Part shown: piece after piece, positions 1-9,700 of the stretch
Position numbering within the stretch: position 1 is the first letter of the stretch
Layout: each line of letters opens with the position of its first letter
Notes under the pieces: model-generated
Told to the model about the DNA's origin: nothing
What the model saw: the letters and a program-made list of their open reading frames with translations, nothing else
Database searches by the model: none
Made by a program: the position numbers and the translations under genes
Assembly (NCBI RefSeq): GCF_009914755.1
Contig: NC_060947.1
Direction: 5' to 3' (one strand)
Origin: the human T2T-CHM13v2.0 reference genome, Homo sapiens
Length of the DNA stretch: 64,000 nt

Positions 1-166
1 CCCGTTTTGAACGAAGGCCACCCAGTGGTCCAAATATCCACTTGCAGATTCTACAGAAAGAGTGTTTCGAACCTGAACTCTCAAAGGCAGGTTCATCTCT
101 GCGAGTTAAATGCATTCATCATGAAGAACTTTCTCAGAGTGTTTGTGTTTAGTTATGGGAAATTAT

Positions 167-183
167 TCCCGTTTCCAACGAAA
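167..183 (-). other. CENP-B box, intact (recurs at unit start +167)
   Basis: TCCCGTTTCCAACGAAA is the reverse complement of TTTCGTTGGAAACGGGA and has all nine core bases (nTTCGnnnnAnnCGGGn). It is mutated in the copies at 49193 and 53307. Confidence 0.95.
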
Positions 184-679
184 TCCTCAGAGAGCTCCAA
201 ATATCCACCTGCAGATTCTACCAAAAGTGTATTTGGAAACTGCTCCATCAAAAGGCATGTTCAGCTCTGTGAGTGAAACTCCATCATCACAAAGAATATT
301 CTGAGAATGCTTCCGTTTGCCTTTTATATGAAGTTCCTTCCTATACGACCGTAGGCCTCAAAGCAGTCCAAATCTCCATTTGCAGATTCTACAAAAAGAG
401 TGATTCCAATCTGCTCTATCAATAGGATTGTTCAACTCCATGAGTTGAAAGCCATCCTCACGAAGTAGTTTCTGAGAATGCTTCTATCTAGTTTTTATGT
501 GAAGATATTTCCTTTTCCACCACAGGCCTCAAAGCCCTCCAAACGTCCACTTGCAGATTCTCGAAAAAGAGTGTTTCATAGCTGCTCTTTCAAAAGGAAA
601 GTTCAACTCTGGGAGTTGAATACAAACATCACAAAGTAGTTTCCGAGAATGCTTCTGTTTAGTTTTTATGTGAAGATGA

Positions 680-696
680 TCCCGTTTCCAGTGAAA
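680..696 (-). other. Degenerate CENP-B box (B-type monomer, predicted non-binding)
   Basis: TCCCGTTTCCAGTGAAA: core CGAA is replaced by TGAA. Confidence 0.85.
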
Positions 697-850
697 TCTT
701 CAAAGAGGTCCACATATCCCCTTGCAGATTCCAAAGAAAGAGGGTATCAAAACTGCTCCATCAGAAGGATTGTTCAACTCTGTGAGTTGAATGCAGTCAT
801 CGCAGAAAACTTTCTGAGAATGCTTCTGTCTAGGTTTGATGTGAAGATAT

Positions 851-867
851 AGACGTTTCAAACGAAG
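851..867 (-). other. Degenerate CENP-B box (B-type monomer, predicted non-binding)
   Basis: AGACGTTTCAAACGAAG: core CCCG is replaced by GACG. Confidence 0.85.
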
Positions 868-1017
868 GCTACAAAGTGGTCAAAATATACACTTGCAGAT
901 TCTACTACAAGGGTGTTGCAAACCTGAACTATCAAAGGAAGGTTCAACTCTGTGAGTTGAATACAAACATCACAAAGAATGTTCTGAGTTTGCTTCCGTT
1001 CAGTTATGGGAAGTTGA

Positions 1018-1034
1018 TCCCGTTTCCAACGAAA
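1018..1034 (-). other. CENP-B box, intact (recurs in each unit)
   Basis: TCCCGTTTCCAACGAAA, a perfect consensus match. Confidence 0.95.
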
Positions 1035-1528
1035 TCCTCAGAGAGGTCCAAATATCCCCTTGCAGATTCTACAAAACGTGTGTTTGGAAACTGCTCCATC
1101 ATAACGAATGTTCAGCTCCCTGAGTTAAACTCCATCGTCACAAAGAATTTTCTGAGAGTGCTACCGTCTGGTTTTTATATGAATTTCTTTCCTTCACTAC
1201 CACAGGCCTCAAAGCGATCCAAATCTCCACTTGCAGATTCTACAAAAAGAGTGTTTGCAAACTGCTCTATCAAAAGGAATGTTCAACTCTGGGAGTTGAA
1301 TGCAATCGTCACAGAGCAGTTTCTGAGAATGCTTCTATGTCGTTTTTAGGAGAAGATATTTCCTTTTCCAACACAGTCCTCCAAGCCCGCTAAATAGCCA
1401 CTTGCACATTGTAGAAAAAGTGTGTCAAAGCTGCGCTATCAAAGGGAAAGTTCAACTCTGTGAGGTGAATGCAAACATCCCAAAGAAGTTTCTGAGAATG
1501 CTTCCGTTTAGCTTTTAGGTGAAGATTA

Positions 1529-1545
1529 TCCCGTTTCCAACGAAA
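1529..1545 (-). other. CENP-B box, intact (recurs in each unit)
   Basis: TCCCGTTTCCAACGAAA, a perfect consensus match, just upstream of the BamHI site. Confidence 0.95.
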
Positions 1546-1574
1546 CCTTCAAAGAGGTCCAAATATCCCCTTGC

Positions 1575-1580
1575 GGATCC
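1575..1580. other. BamHI site defining the ~2.0-kb HOR period
   Basis: GGATCC is seen once per unit in the context CCCCTTG(C/T)GGATCCCAC. Confidence 0.9.
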
Positions 1581-1698
1581 CACAGAAAGAGTGTTTCGAA
1601 ACTGCTGTTTCAAAAGGAATCTTCAACTCTGTGAGTTGAATGCAATCATCACAAAGAAGTTTCTGACAATACTTCTCTCTCGTCTTTCTGTGAAGATA

Positions 1699-1741
1699 AA
1701 GGAAAAGGCTTTCAGGCCTTTTCCACCACAGGCCTGAAAGC
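1699..1741. repeat. Overlapping inverted repeats in the 186-bp monomer (present in every unit)
   Basis: GGAAAAGGC (1701-1709) pairs with GCCTTTTCC (1716-1724). GCTTTCAGGCCT (1708-1719) pairs with AGGCCTGAAAGC (1730-1741). Confidence 0.92.
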
Positions 1742-1885
1742 GCTCCAAATGTCCACTTGCAGATTCTGCGAAAAGAATATTTCAAAACTGCTCTATGAAA
1801 AGCAATGTTAAACTCTGTGGCTGGAACACAAACATCACAAAGCGGTTTCTGAGAATGTTTCAGTTTAGTTTTTCTGTGGAAATAT

Positions 1886-1902
1886 TCCCGTTTCCAAAGA
1901 AA
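1886..1902 (-). other. Degenerate CENP-B box (B-type monomer, predicted non-binding)
   Basis: TCCCGTTTCCAAAGAAA: core CGAA is replaced by AGAA. Confidence 0.85.
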
Positions 1903-2056
1903 TCTTCAAAGAGGTCCACGTATCCACTTACAGATTCTACAAAAAGACAGTTTCAAAACTGCTCCATCAAAAGGAGGGTTCAACTGTGTGACTTGAATGC
2001 AATCATCACTCAGAAGTTTCTGAGAATGCTTCTCTTTAGTTTTTACGTGAACATAT

Positions 2057-2073
2057 ACCCGTTTTGAACGAAG
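2057..2073 (-). other. CENP-B box variant retaining the nine core bases (at each unit start)
   Basis: ACCCGTTT(C/T)GAACGAAG fits nCCCGnnTnnnnCGAAn. It is broken in the copies at 3773, 40798, 46969, 49026 and 53140. Confidence 0.85.
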
Positions 2074-3772
2074 GCCACCCAGTGGTCCAAATATCCACTT
2101 GCAGATTCTACAGAAAGAGTGTTTCGAACCTGAACTCTCAAAGGCAGGTTCATCTCTGCGAGTTAAATGCATTCATCATGAAGAACTTTCTCAGAGTGTT
2201 TGTGTTTAGTTATGGGAAATTATTCCCGTTTCCAACGAAATCCTCAGAGAGCTCCAAATATCCACCTGCAGATTCTACCAAAAGTGTATTTGGAAACTGC
2301 TCCATCAAAAGGCATGTTCAGCTCTGTGAGTGAAACTCCATCATCACAAAGAATATTCTGAGAATGCTTCCGTTTGCCTTTTATATGAAGTTCCTTCATA
2401 TACGACCGTAGGCCTCAAAGCAGTCCAAATCTCCATTTGCAGATTCTACAAAAAGAGTGATTCCAATCTGCTCTATCAATAGGATTGTTCAACTCCATGA
2501 GTTGAATGCCATCCTCACAAAGTAGTTTCTGAGAATGCTTCTATCTGGTTTTTGTGTGAAGATATTTCCTTTTCCACCACAGGCCTCAAAGCCCTCCAAA
2601 CGTCCACTTGCAGATTCTCGAAAAAGAGTGTTTCATAGCTGCTCTTTCAAAAGGAAAGTTCAACTCTGGGAGTTGAATACAAACATCACAAAGAATGTTC
2701 TGAGTTTGCTTCCGTTCAGTTATGGGAAGTTGATCCCGTTTCCAACGAAATCCTCAGAGAGGTCCAAATATCCCCTTGCAGATTCTACAAAACGTGTGTT
2801 TGGAAACTGCTCCATCATAACGAATGTTCAGCTCCCTGAGTTAAACTCCATCGTCACAAAGAATTTTCTGAGAGTGCTACCGTCTGGTTTTTATATGAAG
2901 CTCTTTCCTTTACTACCCCAGTCCTCAAAGCGGTCCAAATCTCCACTTGCAGATTCTACAAAAAGAGTGTTTGCAAACTGCTCTATCAAAAGGAATGTTC
3001 AACTCTGGGAGTTGAATGCAATCATCACAGAGCAGTTTCTGAGAATGCTTCTATGTCGTTTTTAGGAGAAGATATTTCCTTTTCCAACACAGTCCTCCAA
3101 GCCCGCTAAATAGCCACTTGCACATTGTAGAAAAAGTGTGTCAAAGCTGCGCTATCAAAGGGAAAGTTCAACTCTGAGAGGTGAATGCAAACATCCCAAA
3201 GAAGTTTCTGAGAGTGCTTCCGTTTAGCTTTTAGGTGAAGATTATCCCGTTTCCAACGAAACCTTCAAAGAGGTCCAAATATCCCCTTGCGGATCCCACA
3301 GAAAGAGTGTTTCGAAACTGCTGTTTCAAAAGGAATCTTCAACTCTGTGAGTTGAATGCAATCATCACAAAGAAGTTTCTGACAATGCTTCTCTCTCGTC
3401 TTCCTGTGAAGATAAAGGAAAAGGCTTTCAGGCCTTTTCCACCACAGGCCTGAAAGCGCTCCAAATGTCCACTTGCAGATTCTGCCAAAAGAATATTTCA
3501 AAACTGCTCTATGAAAAGCAATGTTAAACTCTGTGGCTCGAACACAAACATCACAAAGCAGTTTCTGAGAATGCTTCAGTTTAGTTTTTCTGTGGAAATA
3601 TTCCCGTTTCCAAAGAAATCTTCAAAGAGGTCCACGTATCCACTTACAGATTCTACAAAAAGACAGTTTCAAAACTGCTCCATCAAAAGGAGGGTTCAAC
3701 TGTGTGACTTGAATGCAATCATCACTCAGAAGTTTCTGAGAATGCTTCTCTTTAGTTTTTACGTGAACATAT
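2057..3772 (-). repeat. Variant 10-monomer HOR (1716 bp; 341-bp, two-monomer deletion)
   Basis: Equivalent ORFs at 1519 and 3235 are 1716 bp apart instead of 2057. The sequence ...CTCTGGGAGTTGAATACAAACATCACAAAG runs directly into AATGTTCTGAGTTTG at 2693/2694, skipping the equivalent of canonical 637-977. Confidence 0.95.
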
Positions 3773-6700
3773 ACGCGTTTCGAACGAAGGCCACCCAGTG
3801 GTCCAAATATCCACTTGCAGATTCTACAGAAAGAGTGTTTCGAACCTGAACTCTCAAAGGCAGGTTCATCTCTGCGAGTTAAATGCATTCATCATGAAGA
3901 ACTTTCTCAGAGTGTTTGTGTTTAGTTATGGGAAATTATTCCCGTTTCCAACGAAATCCTCAGGGAGCTCCAAATATCCACCTGCAGATTCTACCAAAAG
4001 TGTATTTGGAAACTGCTCCATCAAAAGGCATGTTCAGCTCTGTGAGTGAAACTCCATCATCACAAAGAATATTCTGAGAATGCTTCCGTTTGCCTTTTAT
4101 ATGAACTTCCTTCCTGTACTACCGTAGGCCTCAAAGCAGTCCAAATCTCCATTTGCAGATTCTACAAAAAGAGTGATTCCAATCTGCTCTATCAATAGGA
4201 TTGTTCAACTCCATGAGTTGAATGCCATCCTCACAAAGTAGTTTCTGAGAATGCTTCTATCTGGTTTTTGTGTGAAGATATTTCCTTTTCCACCACAGGC
4301 CTCAAAGCCCTCGAAACGTCCACTTGCAGATTCTCGAAAAAGAGTGTTTCATAGCTGCTCTTTCAAAAGGAAAGTTCAACTCTGGGAGTTGAATACAAAC
4401 ATCACAAAGTAGTTTCCGAGAATGCTTCTGTTTAGTTTTTATTTGAAGATGATCCCGTTTCCAGTGAAATCTTCAAAGAGGTCCACATATCCCCTTGCAG
4501 ATTCCAAAGAAAGAGGGTTTCAAAACTGCTCCATCAGAAGGATTGTTCAACTCTGTGAGTTGAATGCAGTCATCGCAGAAAACTTTCTGAGAATGCTTCT
4601 GTCTAGGTTTGATGTGAAGGTATAGACGTTTCAAATGAAGGCTACAAAGTGGTCAAAATATACACTTGCAGATTCTACTACAAGGGTGTTGCAAACCTGA
4701 ACTATCAAAGGAAGGTTCAACTCTGTGAGTTGAATACAAACATCACAAAGAATGTTCTGAGTTTGCTTCCGTTCAGTTATGGGAAGTTGATCCCGTTTCC
4801 AACGAAATCCTCAGAGAGGTCCAAATATCCCCTTGCAGATTCTACAAAACGTGTGTTTGGAAACTGCTCCATCATAACGAATGTTCAGCTCCCTGAGTTA
4901 AACTCCATCGTCACAAAGAATTTTCTGAGAGTGCTACCGTCTGGTTTTTATATGAAGTTCTTTCCTTCACTACCACAGGCCTCAAAGCGGTCCAAATCTC
5001 CACTTGCAGATTCTACAAAAAGAGTGTTTGCAAACTGCTCTATCAAAAGGAATGTTCAACTCTGGGAGTTGAATGCAATCATCACAGAGCAGTTTCTGAG
5101 AATGCTTCTATGTCGTTTTTAGGAGAAGATATTTCCTTTTCCAACACAGTCCTCCAAGCCCGCTAAATAGCCACTTGCACATTGTAGAAAAAGTGTGTCA
5201 AAGCTGCGCTATCAAAGGGAAAGTTCAACTCTGTGAGGTGAATGCAAACATCCCAAAGAAGTTTCTGAGAATGCTTCCGTTTAGCTTTTAGGTGAAGATT
5301 ATCCCGTTTCCAACGAAACCTTCAAAGAGGTCCAAATATCCCCTTGTGGATCCCACAGAAAGAGTGTTTCGAAACTGCTGTTTCAAAAGGAATCTTCAAC
5401 TCTGTGAGTTGAATGCAATCATCACAAAGAAGTTTCTGACAATGCTTCTCTCTCGTCTTTCTGTGAAGATAAAGGAAAAGGCTTTCAGGCCTTTTCCACC
5501 ACAGGCCTGAAAGCGCTCCAAATGTCCACTTGCAGATTCTGCCAAAAGAATATTTCAAAACTGCTCTATGAAAAGCAATGTTAAACTCTGTGGCTCGAAC
5601 ACAAACATCACAAAGCAGTTTCTGAGAATGCTTCAGTTTAGATTTTCTGTGGAAATACTCCCGTTTCGAAAGAAATCTTCAAAGAGGTCCACGTATCCAC
5701 TTACAGATTCTACAAAAAGACAGTTTCAAAACTGCTCCATCAAAAGGAGGGTTCAACTGTGTGACTTGAATGCAATCATCACTCAGAAGTTTCTGAGAAT
5801 GCTTCTCTTTAGTTTTTACGTGAACATATACCCGTTTCGAACGAAGGCCACCCAGTGGTCCAAATATCCACTTGCAGATTCTACAGAAAGAGTGTTTCGA
5901 ACCTGAACTCTCAAAGGCAGGTTCATCTCTGCGAGTTAAATGCATTCATCATGAAGAACTTTCTCAGAGTGTTTGTGTTTAGTTATGGGAAATTATTCCC
6001 GTTTCCAACGAAATCCTCAGAGAGCTCCAAATATCCACCTGCAGATTCTACCAAAAGTGTATTTGGAAACTGCTCCATCAAAAGGCATGTTCAGCTCTGT
6101 GAGTGAAACTCCATCATCACAAAGAATATTCTGAGAATGCTTCCGTTTGCCTTTTATATGAAGTTCCTTCCTATACGACCGTAGGCCTCAAAGCAGTCCA
6201 AATCTCCATTTGCAGATTCTACAAAAGAGTGATTCCAATCTGCTCTATCAATAGGATTGTTCAACTCCATGAGTTGAATGCCATCCTCACAAAGTAGTTT
6301 CTGAGAATGCTTCTATCTGGTTTTTGTGTGAAGATATTTCCTTTTCCACCACAGGCCTCAAAGCCCTCCAAACGTCCACTTGCAGATTCTCGAAAAAGAG
6401 TGTTTCATAGCTGCTCTTTCAAAAGGAAAGTTCAACTCTGGGAGTTGAATACAAACATCACAAAATAGCTTCCGAGATTGCTTCTGTTTAGTTTTTATGT
6501 GAAGATGATCCCGTTTCCAGTGAAATCTTCAAAGAGGTCCACATATCCCCTTGCAGATTCCAAAGAAAGAGGGTTTCAAAACTGCTCCATCAAAAGGATT
6601 GTTCAACTCTGTGAGTTGAATGCAGTCATCGCAGAAAACTTTCTGAGAATGCTTCTGTCTAGGTTTGATGTGAAGATATAGACGTTTCAAACGAAGGCTA

Positions 6701-9700
6701 CAAAGTGGTCAAAATATACACTTGCAGATTCTACTACAAGGGTGTTGCAAACCTGAACTATCAAAGGAAGGTTCAACTCTGTGAGTTGAATACAAACATC
6801 ACAAAGAATGTTCTGAGTTTGCTTCCGTTCAGTTATGGGAAGTTGATCCCGTTTCCAACGAAATCCTCAGAGAGGTCCAAATATCCCCTCGCAGATTCTA
6901 CAAAACGTGTGTTTGGAAACTGCTCCATCATAAGGAATGTTCAGCTCCCTGAGTTAAACTCCATCGTCACAAAGAATTTTCTGAGAGTGCTACCGTCTGG
7001 TTTTTATATGAAGTTCTTTCCTTCCCTACCACAGGCCTCAAAGCGGTCCAAATCTCCACTTGCAGATTCTACAAAAAGAGTGTTTGCAAACTGCTCTATC
7101 AAAAGGAATGTTCAACTCTGGGAGTTGAATGCAATCATCACAGAGCAGTTTCTGAGAATGCTTCTATGTCGTTTTTAGGAGAAGATATTTCGTTTTCCAA
7201 CACAGTCCTCCAAGCCCGCTAAATAGCCACTTGCACATTGTAGAAAAAGTGTGTCAAAGCTGCGCTATCAAAGGGAAAGTTCAACTCTGTGAGGTGAATG
7301 CAAACATCCCAAAGAAGTTTCTGAGAATGCTTCCGTTTAGCTTTTAGGTGAAGATTATCCCGTTTCCAACGAAACCTTCAAAGAGGTCCAAATATCCCCT
7401 TGCGGATCCCACAGAAAGAGTGTTTCGAAACTGCTGTTTCAAAAGGAATCTTCAACTCTGTGAGTTGAATGCAATCATCACAAAGAAGTTTCTGGCAATG
7501 CTTCTCTCTCGTCTTTCTGTGAAGATAAAGGAAAAGGCTTTCAGGCCTTTTCCACCACAGGCCTGAAAGCGCTCCAAATGTCCACTTGCAGATTCTGCTA
7601 AAAGAATATTTCAAAACTGCTCTATGAAAAGCAATGTTAAACTCTGTGGCTCGAACACAAACATCACAAAGCAGTTTCTGAGAATGCTTCAGTTTAGTTT
7701 TTCTGTGGAAATATTCCCGTTTCCAAAGAAATCTTCAAAGAGGTCCACGTATCCACTTACAGATTCTACAAAAAGACAGTTTCAAAACTGCTCCATCAAA
7801 AGGAGGGTTCAACTGTGTGACTTGAATGCAATCATCACTCAGAAGTTTCTGAGAATGCTTCTCTTTAGTTTTTACGTGAACATATACCCGTTTCGAACGA
7901 AGGCCACCCAGTGGTCCAAATATCCACTTGCAGATTCTACAGAAAGAGTGTTTCGAACCTGAACTCTCAAAGGCAGGTTCATCTCTGCGAGTTAAATGCA
8001 TTCATCATGAAGAACTTTCTCAGAGTGTTTGTGTTTAGTTATGGGAAATTATTCCCGTTTCCAACGAAATCCTCAGAGAGCTCCAAATATCCACCTGCAG
8101 ATTCTACCAAAAGTGTAGTTGGAAACTGCTCCATCAAAAGGCATGTTCAGCTCTGTGAGTGAAACTCCATCATCACAAAGAATATTCTGAGAATGCTTCC
8201 GTTTGCCTTTTATATGAAGTTCCTTCCTATACTACCGTAGGCCTCAAAGCAGTCCAAATCTCCATTTGCAGATTCTACAAAAAGAGTGATTCCAATCTGC
8301 TCTATCAATAGGATTGTTCAACTCCATGAGTTGAATGCCATCCTCACAAAGTAGTTTCTGAGAATGCTTCTATCTAGTTTTTATGTGAAGATATTTCCTT
8401 TTCCACCACAGGCCTCAAAGCCCTCCAAACGTCCACTTGCAGATTTTCGAAAAAGAGTGTTTCATAGCTGCTCTTTCAAAAGGAAAGTTCAACTCTGGGA
8501 GTTGAATACAAACATCACAAAGTAGTTTCCGAGAATGCTTCTGTTTAGTTTTTATGTGAAGATGATCCCGTTTCCAGTGAAATCTTCAAAGAGGTCCACA
8601 TATCCCCTTGCAGATTCCAAAGAAAGAGGGTTTCAAAACTGCTCCATCAGAAGGATTGTTCAACTCTGTGAGTTGAATGCAGTCATCGCAGAAAACTTTC
8701 TGAGAATGCTTCTGTCTAGGTTTGATGTGAAGGTATAGACATTTCAAATGAAGGCTACAAAGTGGTCAAAATATACACTTGCAGATTCTACTACAAGGGT
8801 GTTGCAAACCTGAACTATCAAAGGAAGGTTCAACTCTGTGAGTTGAATACAAACATCACAAAGAATGTTCTGAGTTTGCTTCCGTTCAGTTATGGGAAGT
8901 TGATCCCGTTTCCAACGAAATCCTCAGAGAGGTCCAAATATCCCCTTGCAGATTCTACAAAACGTGTGTTTGGAAACTGCTCCATCATAACGAATGTTCA
9001 GCTCCCTGAGTTAAACTCCATCGTCACAAAGAATTTTCTGAGAGTGCTACCGTCTGGTTTTTATATGAAGTTCTTTCCTTCACTACCACAGGCCTCAAAG
9101 CGGTCCAAATCTCCACTTGCAGATTCTACAAAAAGAGTGTTTGCAAACTGCTCTATCAAAAGGAATGTTCAACTCTGGGAGTTGAATGCAATCATCACAG
9201 AGCAGTTTCTGAGAATGCTTCTATGTCGTTTTTAGGAGAAGATATTTCCTTTTCCAACACAGTCCTCCAAGCCCGCTAAATAGCCACTTGCACATTGTAG
9301 AAAAAGTGTGTCAAAGCTGCGCTATCAAAGGGAAAGTTCAACTCTGTGAGGTGAATGCAAACATCCCAAAGAAGTTTCTGAGAATGCTTCCGTTTAGCTT
9401 TTAGGTGAAGATTATCCCGTTTCCAACGAAACCTTCAAAGAGGTCCAAATATCCCCTTGCGGATCCCACAGAAAGAGTGTTTCGAAACTGCTGTTTCAAA
9501 AGGAATCTTCAACTCTGTGAGTTGAATGCAATCATCACAAAGAAGTTTCTGACAATGCTTCTCTCTCGTCTTTCTGTGAAGATAAAGGAAAAGGCTTTCA
9601 GGCCTTTTCCACCACAGGCCTGAAAGCGCTCCAAATGTCCACTTGCAGATTCTGCTAAAAGAATATTTCAAAACTGCTCTATGAAAAGCAATGTTAAACT

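Larger units (their letters stand above)
1..2056 (-). repeat. Representative canonical 12-monomer HOR unit
   Basis: The A/B box position of successive monomers falls at 0, 167, 338, 509, 680, 851, 1018, 1189, 1360, 1529, 1715, 1886, 2057. Spacings are 167,171,171,171,171,167,171,171,169,186,171,171, which sum to 2057. Box types in cyclic order from 1886 are BBBAA BBBAA BA, i.e. two diverged pentamers about 851 bp apart plus two monomers. Confidence 0.93.

Noticed and set aside
1701-1741. Rho-independent terminator or tRNA-like hairpin
   Set aside because: The context is eukaryotic centromeric satellite, with no upstream gene, no U-tract after the main stem and no cloverleaf. It is kept only as an inverted repeat.
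2535-3065. Longest ORF (176 aa) as a novel fusion gene
   Set aside because: It is a by-product of the 341-bp deletion removing a stop codon and has no coding evidence.
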